Shown here: piece by piece, positions 1 to 11,757 of the stretch | Position numbering within the stretch: the stretch's first letter is position 1 | How the letters are laid out: every line of letters begins with the position of its first letter | Source: Convolutriloba macropyga | Lineage: Eukaryota | NCBI RefSeq assembly: GCF_964194025.1 | Contig: NC_134482.1 | Location: 7,688,001-7,752,000, forward strand | Direction of reading: 5' to 3' | DNA length: 64,000 nt | Program-made: the position numbers and the translations under genes | Notes under the pieces: generated by a model | Databases searched by the model: none | What the model was told of the DNA's origin: nothing | The model's input: only the letters and a program-made list of their open reading frames with translations

Positions 1-944
1 TAGTGTTAATATATTAAAAATCTATTACCTAACTTTATACTTTGTTCTCAAAGCTCCAATGTTTATACATGTAAAATCTATTACTCATTTTTATACATTA
101 CTGTCAAAAATCAAATCTTAATACATGTAAAATCTATTACCAGTCTTTATACATTACTGTGATAATTCAATGGTGACCAAATTGATTTGAAATCGCTATA
201 GCCTATCATAAAACTTGTGGGTCACCCCCCCCCCCCCCCCCCCCCTCCCCGGGCAGCTCCGTCCCTCTATATACTACTAACCTCTCGGAAGTTGAAAATT
301 GTTAATTTTAGTTTTCAGTTTCAAATATACGTTGTATTTTTTTTACACAGTCGAATAAATACTATGATTCTTGATAAGACCGATTGGCTTTTTTGGGCGG
401 CATGAGTTAAATTCCAGACTGTATCTTTTTGGCAGCGATTGATCTTCAAATCTGTTTTGAAAATCAATAATTTTCTGTTTGAAATTTGTTTTTTGGCGAG
501 TTGTAAATTAATATTATTAACAAGAAGATCTAGTCCGTTTCTACGGAACAGATGCGCATTTTTTTTTACAAATTTTAGTTTTGTTATTGCTTTTTTCTTT
601 GATTTAGGTCTAAATGAGTCCTCTATTAGTGTCAATACTGACTTGCCTGCGGCATTTCTGTTTGCCGGATCTCATAATTTAACCCCACACGTTATACCCA
701 TTACATTTGTCTGGCGACATTTATTTTGCTAATGTATCAATAGTTGCATGTTTTTAGTCTTTCTTACGCATTCAATGGTCAGTGCTAGATTAAAAAAAAG
801 AGTGATCTTCGCAAACGGGCTCCTTTGCAGAAAAACGCTCTTAGATGTAAGACCTAGTGAAATTGCAGGACAATTAAACACCGTCTAACTCATAGCGATG
901 ATAACAAAATATTAAAGTTTGAGAGGAGTATTTGAAGTGTGCTA

Positions 945-1478
945 CCCGTGTTGAGGGCATTGACAAATAAACGACAATAGTTTTGAAAGAAATTGTAGTT
1001 TTTGTCGTTTTGTCGTCGTTTTCGTCGTTTTCTTCGTTTTTATTAGTTTCCGTCGTTTAAGTCGTCTTTTACGTGTAAGTAATGATTGTTTCTTTGTCGC
1101 TTTTTGTCGTTTATTCAGTCGATTTTTTTTTCAAAAGAAATCGTCGTTTTTTGATCGTTTTTTCGTCGTTTAATTGCTCTTGAACTAGTTATTCTCTATA
1201 AAATCGTTTTGAGCATATTTGACGTAAGGGCCAGATAGCGCAGTTGTCAGTGCATCAGTTGATGTCGCGTGAGGACAATGGTTCGAATTCCAACGCGAAT
1301 CACGTTTTTTCGTCGTAATTAAAAATGTAAAAAACAATCATTTATTACATAAAAGTGAGGACGAAATATCGAACAAAACAACGATTACCACGTAAGGGCT
1401 TTGATCGTTTTTATCTTAAGAAAACGATCAAAAAACGACTATTTCCTAAAAATGGAAAACAAAATTCCTCAACACGGG
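945..1478. mobile_element. Non-autonomous TIR element (MITE, CACTA-like CCC..GGG ends) with subterminal GTCGTTT/AAACGAC repeats
   Basis: Perfect 12-bp TIR CCCGTGTTGAGG (945-956) / CCTCAACACGGG (1467-1478). Many gtcgttt copies on the left and aaacga copies on the right. Flanks are TA and CA, so the 2-bp TSD is imperfect. Confidence 0.75.
1228..1310 (+). other. tRNA-derived Pol III-like cassette inside the MITE
   Basis: A-box-like TAGCGCAGTTG (1236), B-box-like GGTTCGAATTCC (1280-1291), T6 run at 1305-1310. No convincing cloverleaf. Confidence 0.55.
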
Positions 1479-2459
1479 CAAAAGCAAGAAACCGCCTTTT
1501 CAACAGAAAATCACTCTAAAATGGAATAAGTTTCCTGTTGAAATACAAAAAGTATAAACTCAAAACAAAACATCAGCTCCAGCAGTTTAAAATTGCACCA
1601 TTCGCAAGAAACATTAGCTACTTCAAACGACTTTCCCATATTCAGCAGAATACGGAAACCTTAATTTTGATTTTAAAGTTTTTAGTGGAGAAATAGAATG
1701 TATCTGCCTTAGTCAACGGAAAAATTTAAGAAGATTCCACCAGTTTCTTTACCCAAAAAGGTTGAGGCCAGTGTTGATTCCAGTTGAAAAAGAAAGACAA
1801 GTGCGCCTTTGTAATGTTTTTTGAATCAAAATGCTACAATAGAGAATTTTTATGCACGCATAACCATCAAATCGCGCAACTTGATTTTTTCTCAAGCCTA
1901 TATTAAACCAAGATAATTATGCACAGTGAAATGCAATTTTGAATTACATTGTCCAGCCAATAAGTGTTTTGTACTCTTCAAACAAATGCAGAAAACATCT
2001 CCGTTATCCCTTTCTTTTGTTGCCTTCAGATCTGAATTTCTCCGAGGAGAAAAATCAACTACAGTTTTGTGACGAGGAGATTGTTTTCCCAGGAGAGTTG
2101 CTCCTATTACACGGGAAAACGCAGCTGTCTAAATACCTTGTTTTAAATATTAGTTGTTCTAAATTTGCGTTTTTCGTTGTAAGTAGTCTTTGATTAATTG
2201 AGGTAGGTGTAATCATGTATATCAGCAGTTTTTTCCTCTTGCATTTTCTTCTGGGGTAACAGTATTTCGATTTCGTTAACCAATTTTTGGTAATCAACAG
2301 CCACATCGCCGAGTCATTCCCTGAGATCTAGATTTGATCGTTCTCGGTTTGACCATCATAAAAAAATCTTGGCAACCATACCCAAGCCATATATGGTAAT
2401 AAAGGAAACTTGGTAAACATATACTTAACTACATGAAATTTACATATTAAATACTTTAG

Positions 2460-4100
2460 ATCAATGACCGAGCTTCCCATAATCAAGAATCAAATTGAAC
2501 AACCTTTTAAGGCCAAATTAAGCAGTGAAGTTAGAGTTGCAAGACAAGCGAAATTTTAAGCTACATTCTATCGCGGCCATATTCACTTCTACACTTTCTT
2601 CAGCATTCATATTTAGTACCCATTATTAGTACGTGATCATCACACATGAAGTGAAATTCACCCGCGAACTATCTCAAAATAAGGATCTTAAAATTACGAA
2701 TTAACTTTGCATGATTTTTTACAATTGGTTTGTGAATCAGCCCTTTGTGATACAAAATATTCGAAAAAAAAATTCCAAATGGTTAGCAAACGTATGATGA
2801 CATCAAATTTGCACTAAAAATTTAACGTTATAGAAAATTGCTCAAACTTTGTTGACATCCGTATCTACAACCAGTCACAGATGCAATTTTGACATCTAAA
2901 CCCACGTTACTAGCAGCTTAAAAGGAGCTTGAAAACTACCAAAAATCAGCAGAAATTTAAATTTAAAATTATTATTTTGACAAACAGTGTGTATTGAAGC
3001 ACACTTTCTTGAGCGTTAAATTACGTGTTACTCTGTATTGTTTCCTTAAAACAACTTAGTGATTGTACAGTTATAACTTAACTTTGACTTGTTGCAAGGA
3101 GAATTAACTTTGATATCCTCAACATTTCCTTTTGAGGAAAAAAGTTGCTCGATCTGGCTTTAACGAAGCCTAGTCTAGTTTAATAGTGTTGTTATCAAAA
3201 CTAATTGAGATTATGGATTGAATTACAAATGTAAACGTTCATAGTTTCAGTTAGCGAACTTGGGTAAAATACTGGTTTTAGTTTGTGAACGTTACAGACT
3301 TGAAAGCTTGCAGAGCAATAGCCAAATTTAATGCTAATTTTTTTTTCGGGATTTCTCTGTTTTGGATTATAGTTTGAGTTATTAACACAAACCCAGAAAA
3401 ACTTAGAAATATTTTGTATTCTGAGCAAAACAAGTTGTTGATTAGCAAAGCTGAGCGATTAATCAACGAAACTAAATGAAAATCAAGTATTGCGCCAATA
3501 ATCTACAGCATAGAGGATAATACAGATCACAAAAATTAACCGCAAAAACGTAATATGCGGACAAATTTGAAACCGCCTAAACGAACTGGGTGGTCTAATG
3601 TTTTCCTTGTCTTGAATAGAAGAACAGCCGTTACATTTGCTCCGCTGAACCGGACAGTGAAAATCAACCTGCTGTCCAAACTGTTGAGGAGATTGCTGAG
3701 GGCCCCAACCAAAGAAAATCAAACGATTTGACAGCAAAACACCAGTGAGGCGAAAAGAAAAGAGCAGTTCATCAAAGAAATTGAAGTGCAAAAACTGTTT
3801 GATTTGATTATCAAAGCAAAAGCGAACAGCAACCAGGCAGTCGAAGCCCGATCAGCAAAGAACAGATTCAATCAATAGTTCACACAAACAAAAAGAAATT
3901 TCAAGATTTAGTGGAGGAAGTCAACACTAAACTTAGGCTTGGCTGCAAAATAATTCAAGATTCAGGTCGACCCAATATACTTCAGCTACTCTAAAAACAG
4001 ACTGTTCATCTATTAGAAGAAGAAATAACCCTGGAACTGCAGCGTTGAAACAAGCTTGTACCCTGCACAGGAGAATTTGTTGAAGAAAATCTGAAAGAAG
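2460..4100 (+). mobile_element. BEL/Pao remnant: 5' LTR (~2460-3635) plus degenerate gag start
   Basis: Diverged reverse-complement similarity to the BEL LTRs at 23230-24059 and 30831-31646. LTR ends ...gccgttaCA (3635), followed by PBS-like TTTGCTCCGCTG. Downstream translation KAKANSNQA matches the 30614-30862 frame. Confidence 0.7.
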
Positions 4101-5155
4101 AAAGGGGTGCAAAGCGAATTTGGATGATCATTGGTTTGAATATATAGTCAAAAGCACGCAACCAGCAATGAATGCAAAGCAGTCTCAAATTGTTAGCAAA
4201 AGCAGGAGAATCAAAACTCAGTTGCCCAAACAGTACACAATTCAGCTACCCATTTATGTATTAAAACATTAAAATGGTTTACGCTTACTGATCCTAGCAA
4301 ATTCACGCCCCATTTTTAGACATAGTTTAATTATACGAACGGATCAAATATAAACAGATCAATTGTTTTGTATTAGAACTTCAAGAAAATGCAAATATAA
4401 CAGATGAGCTCTCTGTTTATAGGACAACTGGCATTAGTGTAACGGCTGCTCTTCCAATCGGTTTTGACCAGGAAATTTTTACATCGCCCATTTCCTTCAA
4501 AATCTTTTGTTTTTGCGGTTCGCTTTGCATTTGTAACTGTATATCCGCTATGTTTTTACAGTTGCACTACAAATTTAGATCATAACTATTTGCTAATTGT
4601 AGATTTTTCACCAGTGAAATTGGATTGGGTTGCTAGATATCACACAAACCGCGATCTCTTTATGTATTCCAATTCCATCCGATTTTAAAAACAAATCAAA
4701 GACAAAGTTACTTGTCTACAACCTTATCGTTAAAAATTTATTAGATTTAGCTTAAGTTGCGTTTTACCCTTTGTACTCACGAGTTGAAATTCCAGAAACT
4801 GGGGTTCGTAAGGGTGGGATCGTAGATCGGGTTGGAAGTAAATCGTAGATACAGGACATGATAACAAAAAACATACTGCTCAAGAACAACTTTCAATACA
4901 ACACACAGTAGAAATTTAATGCTAAGGAATATTTCCGTACAAAACACGGTAACCAGCTATTACTGCTGAAACAGATTGTTTTTTTGCTATATTTTGTTGA
5001 GTTTTTCAGAAAGCCGTTTGCTATGGCTGCTACTTTTAGCTGTGGCATTGTTGGATTGCTGTTGTTATTGTTTTCCTCCTTTTTTTCGCCTTATCACGTG
5101 ACTATGACTGCACTAGTAATTATAGCTAAAACTGGGCTACTACGATGACTAATGA

Positions 5156-6309
5156 CCCAGGTTTAGGTCCAGACCCAAATTGAGCTATGATCAGACTATG
5201 CAGACTGAAATGACCTCTGATCAGACTTTCCAGACCGAAGTTACCTCTGATCAGACCTTCCAGACCAAAATTATATCTGATCAGACTTTCCAGACCAAAA
5301 TATCCTCTGATCAGACCGAACCCAGACCACTGTCCAGACTATAGTGCGCTTATGATCAGACCCAAATTCAGACCATTGTTCAGACTATAAACAGACTATG
5401 ATCAGACCATCTTCAGACCATGGTCCAGACTCAATTTCAGACCATTGACCAGACCTTAATCAGACTATGATCAGACTCATGTGCGCTCAAATTAGTCTGA
5501 TCAGAGAAAGATTTTAATTATGAACAAATCTCTTAATTTTGCCATAATATATTCATTTCATAAAAACTGGTGTTTGCATTATTAAAATCATCTAAGGAAA
5601 AGCCAGTTCTGAAAATATTGCTAATGAAAACGAAAGCTAACTGTTGAGAAAAAAAATTATTTACCATACCCCTTAGTTCATGTTTCTGACTCAATGGATG
5701 GACTTAGACAGCTTTCCACAAGAAACACCGTGCTCTTCAGTTAATCAAAATTTCCTCTTGAGGGGACCGGCTTTTGCTATCAGCTGGACTCCTTGTTTCT
5801 GATCAGAGTCATCGGACTTTAGACGAGTCTCTGATCGGAACGCTGCTTTATTGTTGCCTCTTGGCAGAGCCAACATCCCTAAAAAAACAAAAAAATTGAA
5901 AAAATATTGCACTCGAAATCAGACCTTCCAGACCGAATTGACCTCTGATCAGACCGAACCCAGACCATGGCCCAGACTATAAAGACTATGATCAGACCTT
6001 CCAGACACAATTGACCTCTGATCAGACCGAACCCAGACCATGGTCCAGACTATAAAGACTGTGATCAGACCTTCCAGACCGAATTGATCTCTGATCAGAC
6101 CGAACCCAGACCATGGTCCAGACTATAAAGACTATGATCAGACCGTCCAGACCAAATTGACCTCTGATCAGACCGAAATCAGACCATGGTCCAGACTATT
6201 GTGCGCTCGAACCGCTTTCCAGACCCTGTAATTTCGGTCTGGGAACACAGGGGTGTGCGCTCGATTGGGTCTGATCATAGCTCAATTTGGGTCTGGACCA
6301 AAACCTGGG
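5156..6309. mobile_element. Non-autonomous CACTA/EnSpm-type element, family 1, copy A
   Basis: TIR CCCAGGTTTAGGTCCAGACCCAAATT / AATTTGGGTCTGGACCAAAACCTGGG, 2-bp TSD GA, subterminal TCTGATCAGA repeats including a 73-bp tandem unit (5941, 6014, 6087, 6160). CMCWR-type ends with a 2-bp TSD are typical of animal CACTA elements. Confidence 0.85.
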
Positions 6310-6627
6310 GAATAACTACTACACACAAAAGCCCTATTTCAGTTTTAATGCTGATGTGTTTTCCTACTAATATTGTGAAAGCTTAGCTTCAACAATTAAT
6401 ACATATTATTATTCACATTTTAGCAAACCTTCATCACTGAGCTCTTCGTTGTACAACCGGGCTTAAGTTGCGTTGCCAAAGATTTACTAAGTTCTTTGGC
6501 CATATATGCCTAAAAATACAACTGTGTTACCTGAATCGACTGCAAACAATTATCCCCAATGTATCTTGCCTTATGAAAACATAATTAAACAAGCAATATA
6601 AAATTGAATCAATATACGAGTTTGACA

Positions 6628-7454
6628 CTATAAATTGACATCTGTACTAAGGGTGAAACCATACAGATCGTCCAGCTGATTTATAAGTTGGATATTAGAA
6701 CCTGTCAATGTGAGTTTACGAATTTTGCACTTGTTACCAACAATCAGCAATTTTAGAACTGCACATCGGTGAATCATGTCACAAATTGATTCAGAAGTCA
6801 ATATCTTATCACATAGCTCACGCTCATGTTTACGGAAATTCCTTGATCGATCGGTGAATCGAACTGATAAGATTTCCAGCTGTTGGTTTCTTTTGACAAC
6901 TTCCATGATACTAGACACCAAAATTTTGACATCATCGAACTTTTTATCAATGACGAGATTAATGTTTAGTATTTTCAGCGAAAAGTTGGCGCTCAAGTAG
7001 GATAAATGCCGGAAAAAGGGTTCGAGATGCCAAATTTTGATGCAGAGGTTTGTGATTTGCTTCAAACAAGGGTTCGCTGTCTGGCAAAATTGATCAAACT
7101 CCATGGAATACGAATCACATGAAACTGGAATCCCACGCAAGAGGACCGCGTTGTTGATTTCCATGTCGTACGTGCGGCCCATGCCAAGGCAACGTAATGT
7201 AGGTAAACATTTTTCTATGAAATGAGATATAGGTTGCTGGAGGTGAGAAAGAAGATTGAAATCCGATCCAATTTCGAAGAATTTCAAACTGTGAAACTTC
7301 ACTTCGTCAATCGGTCCCAAACTCTTCAGCTGAGCAGGGAACTGAATTCTTAGGCTTTCCAGGTTGCCAAGATTTTTGGCGAGTGTTGCTAACGGCAGTT
7401 CAGTCATGTTAACTCCCATTTTCAAATGCCTCAGGTTTCTTTGGAACAAATTTG
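6628..7454 (-). CDS. Terminal exon of a putative F-box/LRR-like gene
   Basis: 273-aa uninterrupted ORF with LxxLxL-type motifs (LRHLKM, LESLRI, LKFFEI, LRCLGM, LKILNI, LEILSV). Candidate acceptor TTAG|CA at 7455/7454 follows a pyrimidine tract. Confidence 0.65.
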
Positions 7455-7499
7455 CTAACAGTCACAAACAAAAAGCTGAAAGAATACGTTTCTAATACT

Positions 7500-7680
7500 A
7501 AGCAAACCCCCCCCCCCCCCCAGCTCAGTGGGCACTATACTTCTAGGCTCTCAGGAACAAGCGCTATCGTTTGCATAACGTGCTATATAACAACACAGAT
7601 TTTGGAAGTGCGGGACAAAAAAAAACATTGTTTTGGTGGCTAATCGGAAACGATTGTATAATTGTATCGTTGCGGCTGTA
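7500..7680. repeat. Short poly-C MITE family, degenerate copy
   Basis: Shares polyC-CAGCT(C/T)AGTG...AACGTGCTATAT...AAAAAACA with 54311-54478. Confidence 0.5.
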
Positions 7681-8159
7681 GTTATTTAATACAGTTTTCA
7701 AAAGGAGAATATTCTAGTAATAGTTTCGCTTCTATTTAAGCTTCATGGAAGTATCTTTTTTCAGCTAGAACACGAGACTGGTAGTGAAACGACCTTTTCT
7801 TTCTTCGGTTACATTTCTAGAAAGCTTCTCTCCAACAGGTTATTTCTCTTTATTGGTCCAAGATGCTCTGATCAGAAGATTTAAGGCAGTTATAAACAAT
7901 CTTGAAGTCAATTTTTTTAGTCTGTTTTGCAAAAAGAAGACAATTAGTTGTAGGTTATTTGAATTTTATTTAACGCCAATTTCCTTAGATTTATGTAATT
8001 TTGCTTGATGGTGTTTTTGAACGCAATTAACATTGAGAAAAAAACTATACCTACTTCGGTTATTGGTACAAACTATCAAACAAATTAAACATTTTTCTAA
8101 GAACTATTTTATCTTCTGTCATTTAAAGAAACAAAGTTAACGTTGTACCGTAAAAACAC

Positions 8160-8381
8160 CTGATTTTTTTTAATGAAAACAAGACAATTCTGCGATAGTT
8201 GGAATGGTACTTCAAAGCCCTTATGCAAGCATAAATCAGCAAAAGGAAGCAGTAATTCAACGCAAACAAAATAAATTTCTTCACTCAGACGAAATCGAAA
8301 TGAGCAGTTGAACAGATGCGCTGTTCTTTTGACCGCTTTATAAAGAGATAGAAGTTTTGCTTCACTCTTAAACATTGATAC
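8160..8381 (-). CDS. Candidate internal exon of the F-box/LRR-like gene
   Basis: Acceptor CATAG|GTA at 8381, open frame VSMFKSEAK...KKNQ, donor CAG|GTG at 8160. Phase 0 at both ends. Confidence 0.4.
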
Positions 8382-9032
8382 CTATGGTTCTAAAAAAATT
8401 AAACCGTTGGTTCAAAATTATTCATTTCTTTTCGTTATATTTGTTTCGTAGTCATATCTTATAACAAAATGGATCAGATTACAATAGGTGACGGTGCATC
8501 TGGAGGGGCAATTTGGATGAAGTCCGACGACTGCACGGTGAGGTAAAAGAGCTCCAATCCGGTAGGACAGCCTTAGAGTTGGAGGTGAGAAACCTCAAAG
8601 AGATATGAATTGACCTGAACGAGCAACTTAGGGATACGGAACGAAACTTAAGCAAGGATTCCGTAATGTTGAAAAATACTCCATTCGACGCACGGAAACA
8701 CGATGGATTTTTGAGTGATTCTTTGGCATTTTTTCCAAATTATCTGGTCGTACAGCATATTGTTGAGTCACGACTGAGTTTTTATCATATTACGTCTGGT
8801 TTTGACAGCTTGCCTTACGGATTAATGCCATCAGTTATTGTTAAGCTTGTCATGTTCGGCGATAAACACCAAGTCTATGCCTCTAGATGGAAACTAAAAA
8901 AACAAATGAATCTACTTAACGCAAAAAAGATGTATATCAGTGAGAGGTTATCAACTATGGAAGCTAAACTAAGGCAGTCCTTCTCCGCCATGGGCTATGT
9001 AACTTCGTCAAACAACTGTTTAGTATCAGTTA

Positions 9033-11552
9033 GTAGTAAAAGACTTCAATTTACCAATATAAGGGGTTTCAACATATCGTTAGATGAAAATCTAAGAATA
9101 TGGTATTGATACAAAAAATTAAAAAATGTATATATTTTACAAAATTAAGATCGACAGAAAGTACATCGGCATCTAATGGACCAAGTGCAGTGTAATTTAT
9201 ATCAAACTGAGAGTCACGAAGGATAATGAAGAACTCTCTCAGGAGGCGTTTGTGGTCCGCTGGTGGTTTTAAAATACTTAAAGGCCCCATCTCGATAAAA
9301 TCATTTATATAAACCTGTACCCTTTTGAAATAGGACTTCGATGTTCGTTGCTTTATTGTTGGGTTGATGACAAGTTGATTAGAGTGTTCGCTTCTTAAAA
9401 TCCCGGAATTGATCTTGAGCGTGAAAAAATCCTCAAACTTAATACAAGTTTTCCCTAACATAATAGAAATAAAAAATCGAAGATCTCGCTCAATAAGCTG
9501 ATAGCAGATGGGTATGTTGTCTGAATTTTGTAGGGCTGAAATGTAATTGCGTTTTCCATTACACCAGCACAATCCTCTCCAGTAGAATTTTTCAAATGAT
9601 CTCAAGTGACCAATATCGGGAAACAACGCTACAGAGGCATATAGGAGAACAGATAAAACGCAGGATGTGTACAAATTTTGCATGACTTTGTTTGGTAGGC
9701 TATATGGCACATTGTGTCTGAGACAATTGAAACTTCTTTGAGCTTTCGTTAGCTTATTACGTATATGCCTGCTCCACTTCAAATTGTTACAAATTTTCAA
9801 CACCTAAAATCGGTTGTATTGTGCACTTTCTGTAAAGAAATCTCGTCTATGTTAAAATCGCATTTGTGTGCTTCTGACATATGAATATAAACACATTTCT
9901 CTGCGTTAAATTTCAAAGAATTTTCTGAAGACCAGTCTACAGGTTTATTGAGATCTCTCTGACAGTCAGTAAAAAAGTCAGAGGTGGCACATGAGAACTT
10001 GGTATCATCTGCAAAACAAAAACAGCTTGAACTTTCCGGTAGTGATGACATATCATCGATGTAAATTTAAAATAGCAGAGGTCCAAGAACACTACCTTGA
10101 GGAACACCACTGATAATCGTAACTTCATATGACAATATTCCATTGATGTTAACACGCTAGTTTCTTCCGGTTAAGTATGAGAACATAAGCTACAAGAAAT
10201 CATCGTCAAGACCGTACAACGATAGCTTTTTAAGCAATATTGCATGGTCTACAATGTCAAAAGCTTTCGCAAAATCCAAGTAAATGATAACCCGTTCGAC
10301 GTTCTTGTCATAGTTTGTATAAATTTTGTCAAGAAAAACGAGCAGTTGAGTAATTTTTGAGTGTCTTTTTCTGAAGCCGTGATGCCTACTGCTCAATTTA
10401 TAGTTGACTTTCGAGAAAAGGAAATCAAATAGAATTTTCTCCAATTTTAATGATAATCGAGGTAATATGGAAATGGGTCTATAATTCTCAACTCTGGTTT
10501 TTGACTCCTTCTTGTGAATTGGGGTTATGATGGAACACTTCCAAATTGTTGGCCACTTACGGAGAAATAGGATGTTACTGAACACTAAATGAACTAGAGG
10601 AGCTAATGTAACAGCGCAGTTCTTGAGAACGAATGGGGGAATACCATCTGCAACAGCGATAGTGCTTGGAGGGACGTTTTCAAGTAAAATGCCAACCTGT
10701 GCAGGTGTCACGTGTAAATCAGACAGCTGGATATCAGGACTCTCAATTTGGTATTTAGCAGTGAATTTTTAACATTTTAAAAGCATCAATTGTTGTAAAG
10801 TTATTTGTGGACTCAATAAAAGTCATTTTAGCCAACTCAATGAAGATTTTCACATCGTTTTCAAGATTTTCGAGTTTGGTAGAGGAGCACTTTTTGCGTC
10901 TTGCTGTTTCAAGTTTGTTGATCGTGTTTATCGTTAGGGAGCTATAAAAGAAGGGGAACTGCTTTCTCTTCCTTCGTTTTCTAACAAGGCAGTATGAAAC
11001 TAGATTTAGTAATTCTGCTAGCCAGATTTCAGCAAAATTTTTGTCTGCGCTGAACAATGAGAAGTGCAGCGAACACACGCTACTTTTGAATAAGTACTCA
11101 TTAAGGGTACAAGCCGAAAACTATGATGAAAAACTCGATAAAGGGATCGGCTTTAAATTGAGGTTCACTAAAACAGGGTTGTGATCGGAAAGCGGGAAAT
11201 CCAATATTTCGTAGTCATAATCATCCGAGTGTGTAACAAAAACTAGATCAAGAATGTTGCCTTTTCTGTGTGTCGGAGTTCTGATAATCTGCTCCAAAAG
11301 CAAATCTTGAGTCAAAGAATCAACCAAATCTTGTTCATCTGCAATTCTAGCTGCGCACTCTTCCCAATTTATGTGGGGCAAATTGAAATCTCCCAAAATT
11401 GCTACACTTAGATCTTTTGGCGAAGTGGCAGCTGCTTGTTTTATATCATTGAACTTTTTAACTATAAAACTTCCAGCCGTTGAAGTTGGAATGAAATACT
11501 TGGAGCCCCTGGGTGGTAAGTATGAAATGCTTGGCGCCCCTGGGTGGTAAGG
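9033..11552 (-). mobile_element. 5'-truncated LINE A (CR1/L2 group) inserted in ORF1 of LINE B
   Basis: APE motifs LGDFNLPHINW, GNILDL, SDH. RT motifs NYRPISIL, YLDFAKAFD, FADD. Frameshifted C-terminal W-x-x-x-CRC-x-x-C motif near 9150-9190. Confidence 0.9.
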
Positions 11553-11757
11553 CAATCTCGGGTTGCTTTAGAGTTTCCAAAGTTGCTGAGAATTCATCAA
11601 ATTTTGTTTTAGAGAGCGAATGTGTTGCAGTAGTAGCTGCATTTGATATTTAGAGACGCTCAATGAGTCGTTACCTATCTTTTTTTTACATCAGCCAACA
11701 GTTTTACTTAATAAAGTGTCTAGGTAGTTAATTTACAATAAAGTGTATAGGTAGTTA
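11553..11757 (-). repeat. Inverted copy of 12755-12933 (LINE B ORF2 start region)
   Basis: Reverse complement matches 12755-12933 at high identity, e.g. ctactactgcaacacattcgctctctaaaacaaaa. Confidence 0.9.

Noticed and set aside
217-732. Short ORFs at the window start
   Set aside because: Poly-C or low-complexity derived with no recognisable motif. 1-265 looks like the tail of a repeat element.
1228-1300. Functional tRNA gene
   Set aside because: A and B boxes are present but the acceptor and anticodon stems do not pair convincingly.
5156-6309. CRISPR-like look of the regularly spaced TGATCAGAC repeats (also 18108-18285, 35630-36515)
   Set aside because: Spacers are themselves repeated, no cas genes, eukaryotic context. 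They are transposon subterminal repeats.
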